64,000 bases of DNA from Takakia lepidozioides (GCA_030704615.1 CM060734.1:1674001-1738000); one strand, 5' to 3'; positions 38,901-52,735 are shown, counted from the first letter of the stretch. The notes: generated by a model from the letters alone, not told the origin. A program made the numbers and translations.

Positions 38901-41900
38901 ACGAGTAGGAGGGGCTGGTGTGGACTTATGGACGAGAGCCCAAGTGGAGGCTGCATAGAGTACCATTACTTGAGTCGATAGAGCATCCCAAGCACTCTCG
39001 CATAGAAAGGTTGATCCCATCTTACCATTTCACCATTTATGTATGTGATTCATTTATTTTCCAAGCAAAGCTTGAAGTTGAAATCCTGATTTAGGCTCTT
39101 CAAAAGAGGAGAGTGCATTGTGGAATCCCACTATTTCATGTCTAGAATTGACGAGGGGAAGAACCCCATAGCCTATTGGAAAGGGTACCAATAGAGGTTT
39201 GTATTTGAATTGTTTGAAGAAAGAATCTTTGTGTTTGATTACTAATTTGAAATATAGCTAGCTCTGGCAAAGGTAGGCCAGTAGGCTGGATCTATGATAT
39301 AAGGCCATTATGTGCTAATCCCCCCCCCCCCCCCCCCACTAGCAAGCCATGGAGGCCTAGGGGAGGGTGGGTTGTATTTTTTTTGTCTTGGGGTTTGGGC
39401 GGGCTGATTTTGCTTGACAACAGCTGCCCCAAGGTCGTGAGCAGCCCGGGAGGAGCTCGGGTGCTGCGCCTAGAGAGTAGGCACTCGATTACTAAAAGCG
39501 TGGAGGCAGTTGTGGCCCAGCCACGACGTACGGGAAGCGGGGCCCCAGTGTTGACCTTAAGTCGTACTGAGATCAAGTACATCAGCCGCGTGGCTCGGGC
39601 ATGAGGCCCTGAAGCGTGCGAGCAGAGGGCGAGTCTTTACCCGCAGGATAACCAAAAGCTGAGACGGACCGGCGGACGCCGGCGTTAACCGCAGCGGTCC
39701 ACGGCTTGGACCGCTACGCACGAATCTGCGCCCCGCCACGTGGCGGGGGCATTTTACCAAGCGGGCAATGCGTCTGCAAATTCCCTCAAAAGAGGGTATT
39801 CTTACTTTTAGCTATTAGATTCAATTTATACCCCTCTAAGGGTTAGGAGCCATTATCTAAGGCGCCAGTGGTAGATAAAATCTAGGATTTTGGGAGGACG
39901 TAGCCTTGGAGGGGAGCCTTCTTATGACTCCAAGAGAGAGCCAAGCGGGCCTGTGAGCAGTGAGCTAGAGGCGGAGACCTCGAGAGACAAGGGAGGAGAG
40001 AAAGTACTCTGTCCTAAAAACTCGGCTACAATGCGCCTTTGTGTCAGAGCCCAAGGTAGAGGATGATTTTTTCCACGGAGGGAAAGCGCATCAGCGCCTT
40101 AAAATAATGTAAAGGGGTGAAATCAGGCTTGGACCCTACAGTGGTTATTTGATTATGTACGCATGCATGTTCTAGACTAACGAATGTAGTGGCAGGGATG
40201 AGCTCTCAGCGAGATTCATTCATCCGATAGGGCCGCGGCAGTTTCCCGCGGCAAGGAATTGTTCTCGGGTGTTCCTCGGTTCTCATTGGGTTCCCAATGG
40301 CATCTTTAGGCGCCAAGGGTATCTTTGGATTCCCCACATGATTTCCCATAGGGGAGGTATTTTATTTATTTATTTATTTATTTATTTTTTTCTGATTTTC
40401 TTAATTTCTTTTATTTTCCAGCATTTCTTATTTGCAAAATTGCTGAAATATGATAGATGCACGTGGTGAACGTTATAGCCTGAAGGGCGTTGATTAAACT
40501 GATTGAATTTATTGAGTTGAGGGGCTGAGAACCACCTTATTGAACTTGGTGAACCTATTGGATTATGATAGGTATTTGGGCCATTCCTTTGCTAAGACAA
40601 AGTATTTTAGGCACTGGGGTAGGAAGCGTTGGCCCTTCCATCAGAGATGACTTGAACTTAAGCACTCGGTGAAGGAGGGGCATTGGGAGAGGAAGATTTT
40701 TCCTCTTCTTCCTAGGCTCGGCAGGTGCCTTGTGAAGGGATTAGAACATATCTCGGCTATAGGCGGCTTGGAGGCCTAGGTGGTAGGAATTAGACAATAA
40801 AACACAAAGACTTGGAAGGCAGTTACTGAGTAGATTGTAGGATACCGTAGGACTTAGAAACGCAAACTCGCCCTGTGAAGAGGAATACGTGATTTCTCTT
40901 TGCCGGTAGGACTTAGATAGTGATCATAGCCACCATATACGACCACGGACCCCCTGCACTAACCGCAGTCGGGTAGGCGGTTCAGTGAGCCCAACCTACA
41001 CCACAACTTACCACGACCCCCCCCAGACTAATATGCCGTCACCCTGACTGCGCGCGCTCAGGGCTCGTCACCCCCCGCGTTGGTGATGACTCTGATGCTA
41101 ATTGGAAGCATCGTGGTTCTAAGAGACAGGGTCGATCTAGGGTGCAGCTTTCCTTTAGCAGCCTTGAGGCTCAGTAAGTGGACAAGCAGTTATGCTCCAC
41201 TCATGTTCACTGTTTAGTTCTTGTTCTTCATGCTCCTCGGGCTTCCATGTAGCTCCTACGGCTTGTTTCTTTTTTATGCAGCTAAGTTGCTTGACAGCTC
41301 TCCTCATAGCTACTAGGACCTCTTGCTCCTATTGCTTCCCTCTGCTTTCTTTCCTTACCTATGATCTGGAGGCAGGAATCTATCTGCCTTCTAGTTTTCT
41401 AGTGGTATGTTTAGCTTGGTTGCAGCTTTGCTGCTGGCAAGGTTCTCAGCTTGCTGCTCTCATTTTCTGATTCCTTCTTAGTCTCTGTTCTCGAAGCAGT
41501 GTCTTACGAGGTCGGCCTTTATGTCACTCTTTGGAGGTTATTTTTCCTCTTGTACCCGGGCCTAGCCGTGTTTTCTATTTAATATGAGTTCAAGGGCTTC
41601 TATCCCCTTGTATGAATTGGAAAAAGTGGATGAAAATAACATTGTACAATTCAACAAAGCAGGGAGCATCTAATTTGTAAGATCTAACTATTTATATGTA
41701 TCCTAAACATTAACATTGATCTGTGACGGAGCAAGATATTTCTTAAACAAGTAGGGCAGTTTCACACTAACAGTTAAAGGGCCCTGCAATCCGGGTTTCT
41801 AGGAAGTAGATTTTCCTATGTATCTTTGGCAGATGTTAATATTTTTACTGATCCCAACTGCAACTAATTTTCTGACAGCATGGCCACCCTCTCACATTGA

Positions 41901-42693
41901 AAACAGCAAATTTTAATGAACTATCCGACCGGCATATTTTCGAGAAAACTGGGGGTCATGAAATTGGAGCATGCAACAAGGGCTGTAGAGCTCCAGATTC
42001 TATGGCGGTGCATATGCTCTCGTGTCAGTCCCTTGGATGAAAAGCAGGGGTTGTTGGGACATTAATGGCGACATAGACTATCTTTGGTTATATGATTGTT
42101 TCTACACTAACAGTCATGAGTTAAGCCAACTTGGATACTGAGCTGGCCGATGTGAGGTCAGCTTGTAATCTGCATGTCCAATGAGAGTGGTACATCTGGA
42201 TCTCCAGATTAGCCTCATGATTATTTAAATGAAGAGTTCATCAGGCTGAGGCAGGATGTTTTTTTTATGATCAACCTGGTGCTCTGGATGTGCGTGTGCT
42301 GCTGGATGAAACAGTTTTGATGCTCTGCAGCGTATTGTGATTGGTCTAGTTGGCTTGTGCTCTGCAATAGATCCTTTCTTATCAGCTTAGCAAGGTTCTA
42401 CAGCCTACATTTATGTGCTTGACGTAACCTGCAGAGGATAAGGGCATATCCCTGCGTCGGGAGCTTTGGTGGAGATGGGGGGCACTGCGAGAAATCTAAC
42501 GGCCCTAATGTTCTAATGATGATAGCCTAGGTTCGGTGTGGCTATGGTGGAAAGATGGTTGTACGGGAAATCTAGAAAGATGGCGGCGCAATCCACCATG
42601 TTCAATCATTTGTCCCTCCCTGTGTATGTTGTTTCTGTCGGTTTTGTGTGTCTTGTGTCTTCTTTGTGAACGAACACTATGCAAACAGCGGCC

Positions 42694-43650
42694 ATGGCTT
42701 CCAGTTCGAATGATGTTGCTTCGTTTGTGATTGAAGACGATTCGTTCGAAGCTGTTTTCCTGAGTATTGTGCATAATCTTGCGTCCCCTGAAGTGCTTAA
42801 GCCTTACGAAGGAGAGCCGCCAGTGAGAGGAGATGCGGAGATTCCGCTTAACGTTCCCTCTGATTACTAGATAAAAAATTTGAACGGATGGCCGTTGATG
42901 AAGCTCACAAAACTGTGAATACTGAAGGAGAGAAACGCGAACAGCGTCGCAAGATAGCTGAAGCTAAACAGGGTGGGTTCGTTGGTAGGCTACTTACAGA
43001 AGCTGCATGCAAAGGTAAACGCTGAGCGATTTCCTCAGGCGGTCATCCGTGAGCGACTTGGACAGGGCGAGCTGCTCTCTTGGCCTCAGATCAGAGTGCC
43101 CAAGTTTGTTGTCACCCGCGATCGTACCAACAACCTTGAAAGCTTCATACACCCCAAGGTTCCTAGTGGCTACCATTTTTGGGAATTTGTCCGGGGTGGG
43201 AGTGCAGCGGCGCTAACGAATATCTGCCCTGCTTGGAGTGCACATCAGCCTGTTGATGATTTTTCATGGGAACAATCCATCACTGGCATCCCCCAACACT
43301 TGTTTCATTTCTCTGCTCGGGATGTTGTGAACTTTTCTGGTGAAACGTTTGATCACGAGAAAGTTGGGCTATGCCGAGTCCAGAATCCTGCTTAAAGGTA
43401 TCATTTACACACCTTGGTGGTCAAGGAGAAGGTGATGCGCACGGTGACCCGTGTTGCATTTTGGCTGAAGGTGGCTCAATCACTCTGGCATCTACATGGA
43501 GAAGCTGTCTATCTTAGTCACAACCACCGCTTCATTTCGTCCAACACGGTCACGGATTGGGAGAAGTGCATGCTGCATCCCAGTGACAGGTGATTTTCTC
43601 TGTGCCATTTTGTTGCTATGTTGAATGCTTACTAGAGCTAAGGCCAAAAT
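42694..43650 (+). pseudogene. Decayed ORF of unknown function
   Basis: Consecutive protein-like frames (MASSSNDV..., VGSLVGYLQKLH..., RYHLHTLVVKE...) broken by a frameshift and stops; no recognisable motif. Confidence 0.4.
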
Positions 43651-44089
43651 CTTAGAACACAACGCTGCCATGGGTGAGTGTAAGGATCCTTGTGAACGCA
43701 TTTTTTAAGCCAGTGAACCCAGTACCGAGTTCACTGCTGGTGGCACCCGAATACCTGGGCCTGAGACCCAGCCAAGTATGGCTACGAATTCTCATTAGGA
43801 ACAACAGTCAGGTGAGCCCGACCTCGAAGAATTGTGCCACGCCATGAAGATGATTTCTGATCCTAGTTATAATTCCTGACGTGACGTGGCGCTGACACGT
43901 CTGACGTCACGTCGGCCGTCAAGTCCGACGTGCGTCACGTCGGACGTCATGTCGAAACCGGACATTTATCTATGTAATTTTTTTTACATTTCACTTTTAC
44001 GATTAACTTCTACCCTCTCTAATGACATGGCAACCGCGGTGTAAAACACACGTGGATACTTATTAATATTTAGTAATTCCTTTTATAAA

Positions 44090-44870
44090 ATGCGAGCGTC
44101 CATAGGGGCGGTCGCTTGCAATTTATTATTATTTAAATGAAGCGACCACTTCTATTTTTTGTTTTAAATGAAGTGTCACTAGTGGTCTCCTGTAATTTGT
44201 TTAATTTTTTTAAATGCAGCGACTGCCAGTGGCGGTCGGTGGTTTTTTTAATGTAGCAACCGCCATCCAGCGGTCGTCATTTTTAATTTTTAGAAAATTC
44301 AGCGACCGCCGTGTTGCGATCGCTGTTATTCCCTAATTAATTTTTAAGAAATTAACCGACCGTAAGCGACCGCCAGGCGGCGGTCGGTTTTTTTTGTTTA
44401 TTAAACAATTTAGCGGTCGCTGTTTTTCCCCAATTGTTTTAAAGAAATTAAGCGACCGCCAGGCAGGCAGTCGCTCTTTTTCCGTAATTTGGGTTTTCTC
44501 AAGAAATGAAGCAACCGCCACAAGGTGGTCGCTCGTTTTTGTTTTATTTTAAATTAGGCGACCGCCGTGTGGCGGTCGCTCTTTTTTCCTAATTTGGGTT
44601 TTTTTAAGAAATGAAGCAACTGCCACAATGGCGGTCGCTGATTTTTGTATATTTAAAATATTACGCGACCGCCTAATGGCAGTCGCTTATTTGTTTTTTA
44701 ATTAAATAAAGCGACCGCAGTTTGGCGGTCGCTTCTTTTATATATCTAAAAATATGCAGCGACCGCCATATGGCGGTCTTTCTTTGTTTTTTTTTTCTAA
44801 ATATAGCGACCGCCGTACGCCGTTTTTTTCTTAAAAAATTCAGTGACCCCCCGTGTGGCGGTCGTTTTTT
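44090..44870. repeat. Array of ~15 hairpins AGCGACCGCC-N3-5-GGCGGTCGCT with AT-rich spacers
   Basis: Copies near 44218, 44255, 44301, 44365, 44451, 44510, 44557, 44615, 44665, 44710, 44758 and 44805, among others. Confidence 0.9.
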
Positions 44871-45444
44871 CTGTTTTCTAAAAGCATCAAACGACGCCTG
44901 GCCACGTGGCGAGGTGCCACTAATCAAGGAAAAATGAAACACATGGGAAGGGGGGGGGGGGGAATGCGGGTTTGAACCAGTGACCTCGCCAATGGCGGGA
45001 GGCGTGGCGAGGCGCGACTGGCCAATTGCGCCGCGCCAACGAGTGACAAGGCGCCATTAGCCAGTCGCACCTTGTCATGCAGAATGGGGGGCGGGGGGTT
45101 TATAAACCAATCCTCCTCCCTTTCTGATCACTTTTGCCCCTCTCGTGGAGCGGTCCCTTGGCATCCTGTAGTCTTTTCGGACTTCGTTGCTTGGCACTGC
45201 CAACGGGAGGTGCAAATGTGAATTTTTTTTAGGGGGGGGGGGGGGGGGGGGGGGGTGGAGAGGTTTTGTCGGGTTTTTATTGGTTGGTCCCACACCCTTG
45301 TTCTATGTTTCATCATTCTAGCTCCATTTTGCCGTTTTTGGATCTCTTGTGACGTGTTTTTGCAGAAACTAGAAAGATACCATCCACACGCGTCCATTAC
45401 CGATTATGAGGATCGCTCCTCTATAGTGGGCAAAGGTTTATACA

Positions 45445-46660
45445 ATGTCGAGGGTTATGAATTCAAGTTCTGGGGCGGGGTCGTCGTCTGGGGGTCGGAG
45501 GAAGAAAAAACATGCCCACGAGCGGGATAGCCAGGTCAACAAGCAAGACTACCCGGGACCGGATGCCTTGGATAGGGTGAAACAAATGGTAGTTAATTAT
45601 TTCAGGGGTAGGGACATGATGAGGCTGGAGAGTGCTTATGTCACGCATGGATGGGAGGGGTTTCAGATTTTTCAGCAGAATATGGAGAGGAAAATGACGG
45701 ACGCTTTGGTTGGGGATAAGTGGACGGCGGACAGAGACAAGCCGAATTTCAATCGGTGGATCCAAAGCAGGGCGAAAGACGTCACATGGAATTTGAGGCA
45801 GCCAATGAAGACATGGAAAGGTAGAACAACCGAGGGTCGGGTGCCCTCCGCCGAAGCTGAGTTAATGCGGCGTGTCGAGTATTGGGCGCACTCGGCAAGT
45901 CAGAATTTACATCGCCGGACTAGGTTAGTCATTTCGAAGGCGGGGTCATCGGGTGGGGGAGGCACTTTCTCTTTATTACGTGAACTCAAGTGCGAGGGTG
46001 GTACAAATTGGCCCTTACAAAGAAGGAGGGTATGCTAAGGTCCGTCAGTGTAGGATTGTTGGCGATTCTAGAATACCGGAGCGTTGGGAGCTAGCGGGAA
46101 AAAACCCCAAGTCCAAAAATCCATAAAATGCGCTGAGACAACATAACGACGAGTGTTTGGCAGTGAAGTTCCAGCATCCGGGTATTATATCATATTTTGC
46201 TGGGAATGCACGTAAGGTAAAGGGTTACACTTGCTGGTGGAATGGGGGGACAATACGCGACATGATGAACCTTGACAGAAAATGGGACAACGATTGGGAC
46301 AACAGAGAGATTGTGGAAAAAAATGGGAACGGAAGAAGAGTTCCATGAAACCGATCGTTTGCTTCGCTTCCGAAAAGTGCGCAGTAAACTTGCACTGGTG
46401 TGCATCATGGATGTTGTCCATAAGAACGGTGTCGTGCACAACGACTTCTCCCCCGACAACATCTTGGTGCATTTTCTAGATGACACCGAGGAGATCAAGA
46501 TTGGGGTGTGTGATTGGGGCTTAGCCACCCCATTGGAGATACGCAAAGCCTCGTCGTACCAATTTGAAAACCAAGACAAGCTGGATCGGGAACTCGCGAA
46601 AAGATAGTGGGTGGAAAAAGATATTGCATCGGTTTTTAATGCGAATGTCACAACAAATAG
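45445..46660 (+). pseudogene. Decayed protein kinase-like gene
   Basis: Catalytic loop VVHNDFSPDNILV, DFG-equivalent CDWGLA, HPGII and WWNGGT upstream; several frameshifts and stops. Confidence 0.8.
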
Positions 46661-48249
46661 ACCAGCTCCTGGGGGAAGGTGGAGCCCGCCTTCCCGCCGC
46701 CAGTCTCTGCTAAATATCTTAGTCATGACTAAATCCATAGGGTTTCACCATTTTCCTACTTTCCTCAAGGGCGTTACCTCTTTTTGCAGCGGATCCACTA
46801 ACTTACTCCTAGCTAGGTGTTTAGCACCGTCTCCCGCCATAGTTCGTCCAGCAGCCCTTAGCTCTGCCCTGCAGCCTCGCAACACCCCGGATTTGCTCTA
46901 CCTCGTTCATAAGACTCGCCTCTTCTCTACGCGTCTTTTAAGCTATCTCTTACTAATCTTTTTAGCGATCTATGGGCGAATATGTTCTGCAACCGCTTGG
47001 TACCTCCTCTCTCGCCGGGCCCGCTACATCCAGCCTCAGGATGCTCGTTCCACCCGTCAACTCAAAGCTCACTACACCAGCAGCTTCGAAGGCCACCTGA
47101 CGGTGTATACGCTTATCCATGTTATGTTTACTTTCTCAATTTTTACTTTGGCGTTTTCAAGTTCCCTTTTTGGCGTTGGAAGATCTACCACCCACCTCCT
47201 CTCTATCAGCTATGGAATGGTTACTCTACAGTTATGTCTACAGTGGCGCTCCACTCTACTTTGGGCGGACGGATTCTTCCCCACCCCCCATCCGGTGCAC
47301 AAACCGAGCATTCCCGTATGGTGCACAACCTTCAAGCAATGGCGTCTCCGACCTGGCGAATCTTATGTGCTACAGTATGCCCACGGGGAGGGCAGCTGCC
47401 TATCTTGTGGCATGAAGGCAAGCCTCATCATTTGGTCCCCAAAGTCCCAGCCAATCCGCCGGCTCCAGCAACCAGCAACTCAATGTCTACTCCCCATCAG
47501 GAAGCATACCTATCCCTCACTCATAATTTATACCTCTCCTTCCTTTATTACAATCGTTTCCACACTTCCTACTTAACACTCTTCAATTCATGCCCTACAG
47601 TGCCCACACATATCACCACTAAAAGACTCTACTCAGTACTCAAGCACTCGATCCTATTTGCCTGATTCACCCTCAAAATCCGCCCAACACCTCCCAACAC
47701 CTCCCAACACGGAGGTGCACACTCCGCTCAAAAACCCCCCCTATATAGGTCCCAACCATCGTCCAAAGACCTTATGCCCTACCATAACCCACCCCACTCT
47801 CACTGCAGATCCCCACACCACCTATTTCACACCCTACTGCTGCACACTGAACCTTCTCAGCCTGCCTAAGCTCTCGATACCAGCGTTGCTTCCCTATTGG
47901 CACCTTGTTACACATACAGCCTCTTTGCTCCTGCCCGCCGACTCTGCAAACTGCACCCACGACCACAGTATTCTATTAAATAAGTCCCTCAATTGCCACA
48001 TTTCCTATACTCTCTCCCTCCCACAGTTGCACTGCCCCGCCTTGCTTGATTACATAGCCACTCTGGCACCTCCCCCATCTCCTTCATACTACACCTCTCC
48101 CTCAATTCGCCCCAATACCCAGTTCACTTCCCCCTGTCGAGCTTCTGAGTACCAGCCATCCCCCATCTCAGCCCTGCCAGTTCTCGCCCTCTGCCGAGCC
48201 ATCCATCCTCACCAGCTTGGTGCTCCCATCAGGCCCCCACCGAGGGACG

Positions 48250-49373
48250 CTAAGCCGTGAGCGGTGAGCGTAGAATTGTGAGCCCTCGTGGGCAGCCTCC
48301 CGCGAGTTCCCCCGCGCCAATTTGTGACAATGGGAACCAACGTGTATGCAAGCTCGTGTGAGGTCAGGGAAACGGTGCAACACATAGAACTGCTTGGCAT
48401 TACAAACAGACATGCAATGTGGTGGTTCTTTGCAATGCGCACACTTAAATGTGGAGTTTGGAACCTTTTCCTGAGCTCGAAATGGTTGATGAGTTGTGCC
48501 TGTCCAATCCGTCTCGTTCCTGTGACCTCTGGATTTAAAGTGGAAGCTTGGGGAGAAACACCGCAACGCGCCCGCACAAATAACGTAGCGCACCCGCACA
48601 CCATCGATCATCTTCATGTTGGTGGTTTTGGTGACGCACCAAGGATGACCGTCATGTTTCCTATCCATATCTGTCAACATTCCGGACGCCCTGGAATAGT
48701 CCGTTCGAGGAGGGAAGACGTCTACGGGAAGGCATGTAATGGATTTAATGGCAAACTTGTTGTAGTCCAGCCCAGCCAGCTCCGAGCGGTGTCCCTCCAT
48801 GTGAAGCCCTCGCAGAATTTCAAGAATGGATCGAACTGCTGTGTTCGTGCTGGGAATATGACTCCCTCGTCCGCTGATGTCCATTGAGGACTTGCCTGAT
48901 CTCCAGGATGATCTCGGAACTTCCATGACCTCGTCGGAGTCAGACAGGTTGTGAACAACCCGGTTCTCGCTCGTCTTCATTGATGGGTTCGGCTCTGGAT
49001 TTACTTCGTTGCGGACTTCTCTCTTTGAGGTACCCACTCTCTCATTCGCGGATTGTTTCGTGGAAGACGCCAGGATAGAAGGCGCATTTGGCGGGCAAAT
49101 GAAGTCCCCAACAGCCCTGTATATGACGCTGTCCGATGGTGGAACTCGCCATTCCCTGCCGTCGCCAAAATCATCGTGGAGCACAACAATACTTTCGACT
49201 ACAACTCCATTTGAATCCTTCTTTTCCTCCTCCAAAAATACCGACCCCGGTTTCAGGTGGTATCGAACGCAGAGATATTTCTCCATCACCCGGCAGATCT
49301 CCCCTCTGCACGGAAATGTAGCTCTATGCTCGTGAGGAGGGCAGTACACTATAGCGCTCGGGTTTTCTGCCAT
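48250..49373 (-). pseudogene. Transposase N-terminus with GCM/WRKY-like zinc DNA-binding domain
   Basis: DRKHDGHPWCVTKTTN...CAGALRC...CAHC...C...C...IHVGSHCH. Breaks at the GGCTTAG microhomology and continues at 60754. Confidence 0.75.
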
Positions 49374-49777
49374 GGGAGTTGTGCACACAAGACTGCCAGG
49401 ACGGCGTTCGGACAAGCGCCCTAGGAAAAGGGGGGATGCAGCGAGGGGAAGGAATGCAGGGCCGATTTTTGCAAGCGACGAAGCCTAGCCCACTCTCCCG
49501 AAAATCCACTGTCAGAGAGTTAATGAACCTTGTCTGCGGAATGCGGCCCCTGGCCTTTGCGCAATTACTGCCAACGATATGCAGTCAGAAGGTATATGAC
49601 CTGTGCAGATGGGTTGCGCAAACCAATCATTACGGCGTCTGACAAGAAGCGTGGTGGGGCGAGCGTGCAAGCACCTTCCCCATGGACAGAGGGAACTGAC
49701 AGAGGTGGCATTCCAGTGGGTCTGATTACAAGATTGAGTTGCCAGAACCTCGCTGCCAAAAGTCAACATACAACAGC

Positions 49778-51055
49778 GGCGCCGAATTTGCATCCGAGGC
49801 CGGTCGGACGAAGTCGTCTTGGGGATGAGTCACCTGGCCAATAGAAAACATCCCCCGATGGAAAAATCCGCACCGAATTTCCATCCGAGGGCGTAAGGAT
49901 GTAGTCGTCTCGGGTGGAGAGGCCGACACCTGCACGACTGAGATCATCCCCCGGATGGAAAAACGGCGCCGAATTTCCATCCGAGGCCCGTTGGATGAAG
50001 TCGTCTCGGGGGGAGAGGCCGACACCTGGCCGACTGAGATCATCCCCCGGATGGAAAAACGGCGCCGAATTTCCATCCAACGGCGTGCGGATGTAGTCGT
50101 CTCAAGGGGAGAGGCCGACACCTGGATGACAGAGAACATCCCCCGGATGGAAAAACGGCGCCGAATTTCCAACGGAGGCCGGCCGGATGAAGTCGTCTCG
50201 GGAGGAGAGGCCGACACCTGGCCGACTAAGATCATCCCCCGGATGCAAAAATGGCGCCGAATTTCCATCCGAGGGCGTAAGGATGTAGTCGTCTCGGGGG
50301 GAGAGGCCGACACCTGGATGACAGAGAACATCCCCCGGATGGAAAAACGGCGCCGAATTTCCAACGGAGGCCGGCCGGATGAAGTCGTCTCGGGAGGAGA
50401 GGCCGACACCTGGCCGACTGAGATCATCCCCCGGATGCAAAAACGGCGCCGAATTTCCATCCGAGGGCGTGCGGATGTAGTCGTCTCGGGGGGAGAGGTC
50501 GACACCTGGACGATAGAGAACATCCCCCGGATGGAAAACGGCGCCGAATTTCCAACGGAGGCCGGCCGGATGAAGTCGTCTCGGGGGGAGAGGCCGACAC
50601 CTGGCCGACTGAGATCATCCCCCGGATGGAAAAACGGCGCCGAATTTCCATCCGAGGGCGTGCGGATGTAGTCGTCTCGGGGGGAGAGGCCGACACCTGG
50701 ACGACAGAGAACATCCCCCGGATGGAAAACGGCGCCGAATTTCCAACGGAGGCCGGCCGGATGAAGTCGTCTCGGGGGGAGAGGCCGACACCTGGCCGAC
50801 TGAGATCATCCCCCGGATGGAAAAACGGCGCCGAATTTCCATCCGAGGGCGTGCGGATGTAGTCGTCTCGGGGGGAGAGGTCGACACCTGGACGACAGAG
50901 AACATCCCCCGGATGGAAAACGGCGCCGAATTTCCAACGGAGGCCGGCCGGATGAAGTCGTCTCGGGGGGAGAGGCCGACACCTGGCCGATTGAGATCAT
51001 CCCCCGGATGGAAAAAACGGCGCCGCATTTCCATCCGAGGCCCGTTGGATGAAGC
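49778..51055. repeat. About 14 x 95-96 bp tandem array, mostly alternating A/B units
   Basis: GGCGCCGAATTTCC at about 49965, 50061, 50157, 50253, 50349, 50445, 50540, 50636, 50731, 50827 and 50922, plus degenerate edge copies. Confidence 0.95.
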
Positions 51056-51186
51056 CCATATCGGCACTTCTTCAACAATTTATAGTCGTTGCATCAAGTT
51101 TTTCGCGTTTTTTGGTCTGGCTACACACTAAATTTGGAGTTTTTTTGCCTGCAGGCCACATTTGGCACGTTATTCCCACCATTATT

Positions 51187-51530
51187 ACCTGCAGGATGGA
51201 AATTCGGCGCCGGATTTCCATCCGGACGCGCTCCGAATTACCTCAAGGATGGAAATTCGGCGCCAGATTTCCATCCGGACGCGCTCCGAATTACCTGGCG
51301 GATGGAAATTCGGCGCCAGATTTCCATCCAGACGCGCTCCCAATCACCTGCAGGATGGAAATTCGGCGCCGGATTTCCATCCGGCCGCGCTCCGAATTGC
51401 GTGCAGGATGGAAATGCGGATGGAAATCCATCCGGCGTCTCCTGGATGAGAACGGCTCGGGTGGAGGGAGGGCCTCGTTGCGTCATACTTCACCGCTGGA
51501 TGGAAATTCGGCGCCGATTTTTTCATCCAG
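51187..51530. repeat. 4-5 x ~52-bp tandem units, each a near-perfect 30-bp palindrome
   Basis: GGATGGAAATTCGGCGCCRGATTTCCATCC. Confidence 0.92.
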
Positions 51531-52735
51531 CAGGCGATTGACGAAGTCTCGGGGGGTGGGGGGGTGGGCGCCTGTGACCGACCTCCATACCTACGACATT
51601 TAATGGCGCAGTTGGGCATTAAATGTCCTCCGCCGTTGGTTTTGAACCGGGCTTTAGACACAGGGATTCCGCGCTTGCTTCCCGGATACGCCTTGGAAAC
51701 CTGATGCTAAACTTGGATGAACTTCTATTCGAGGCATGTACGCACACATACTGCGACATCTTTTTTCTTTTGCTGGGACTTATGCCGCGTGGAGAAGGGC
51801 GTGGCTCTCCTGAGAGAAACCCCACATCCAGACCGCGGCGGAAGCTGAAGGCTTTGTACTACGGGCGATGTCCAACCTCTCGCATGGCCAAACTTAAGCT
51901 CCAGCAGGAGATTCCATTGTCTTGCTCACAGCCCGCGCCAACTGAAGCCGAGCACTCTCAGGCAAGCCCCGTCATCTTTCGCTTTGTGTAACATGTGCGG
52001 TTTTCTTCGTTTTTTTTGTTTGTTTTCGCATCTTCAGCCTGGCAGCCCTGGAAACGCATGGTTGCATCGCAAAAGCACGAGTTGTTGAGAAGAATGATCA
52101 AGGTCGGAGTGGTTAGAAAGGAGCCAGGTCGTTGCAGCATTCAGATTTGCAACAGGGTGCACACCTCGCTGTAGATAACAGGTTGCATCTCGGAATTAAG
52201 GAAATCCATGCTGAGCTGAGAAGATTGTCTCAGCAGATGAAGTGCCTTCAAAGCATTTCACCCTGTTTTCCCGTCTTATGGACTTCGTGTTCATTTGTTC
52301 ATCGTGTTTCATGTTGATTTCTGCAAGTTACTGGTTGAGTGAACCTTAGATAGTTTGCAATGCGTGTGCAAAGCCGGCAGCTCTGGAGAAGGCTGCTTGT
52401 GCATGTCATTCTTAGGCATTGGTTGGATTTGTTTTCATTGTTGTTCCATGATTGTTGCAATGGTGGTTGCGCTGCTCGTTGCGATGGTGGTTTTCATTCC
52501 GATGTTGGTTCTCACGATTTTTGGGGATGACAAAGTGACGACGAGCCCGACACGTTGGTGGTATCATCGACAGCTCCAACTACTCGAGGAGTCATTCCAA
52601 AAGCCGCTACTCATCGCATGTTTGGATCGCCCAAACTTGGGGCGGGAGGGCAAACTAAATCCTTTTGTTGGTGGACGGGAGGACCTGCAGCGAGAGTACG
52701 ACAGAATAGGCATTGGGGAGGTTGGTGCAGGCGGC

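Larger units (their letters stand above)
28631..41070 (-). mobile_element. Large, heavily deleted LTR retrotransposon with long LTRs (Tat/Ogre-like)
   Basis: 28631-29704 matches 37690-38823. A PBS-like TGGCGACCAATGGGGAAC lies on the minus strand next to 37690. Ends are TG (28631) and CA (41070) with TSD CCCCC, and the host L1 frame is restored on removal. This implies a 5' LTR of ~3.4 kb (37690-41070). Confidence 0.7.
17520..41625 (+). mobile_element. Decayed L1-clade LINE in three pieces (17520-21222, 27901-28630, 41071-41625)
   Basis: RT motifs KSPGLDG, RPITLLN, EQTGFL, LDFEKAFD, RQGCPLS, YADD; zf-RVT-like tail at 27960-28630. The frame VGSSP rejoins RVGDDSDANW...* across the 28631-41070 insertion. 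Confidence 0.8.

Noticed and set aside
44090-44870. CRISPR-like appearance of palindromic repeats with spacers
   Set aside because: Spacers are low-complexity AT-rich and similar to each other, repeats are degenerate, there are no cas genes, and the context is eukaryotic.
44962-45045. tRNA gene on the minus strand (A-box-like CGGCGCAATTGG, B-box GGTTCAAACC)
   Set aside because: No cloverleaf or acceptor stem; at most a decayed Pol III promoter or SINE head.
46665-48200. ORFs of 321, 227 and 200 aa as host genes
   Set aside because: No recognisable motifs. The C-rich composition resembles the Dualen-like element and it interrupts the kinase, so it is probably an unassignable TE fragment.
49726-51541. 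Long ORFs on both strands (e.g. 265 aa, 238 aa)
   Set aside because: Products of a GC-rich tandem array with 96-bp (32-codon) units; 95-bp units break the frame.
52355-52735. Hydrophobic N-terminal extension (apparent transmembrane segment) of the ParB ORF
   Set aside because: Starts at TTG in T-rich, intron- or UTR-like sequence with an acceptor-like TGCAG just before ATG 52736.
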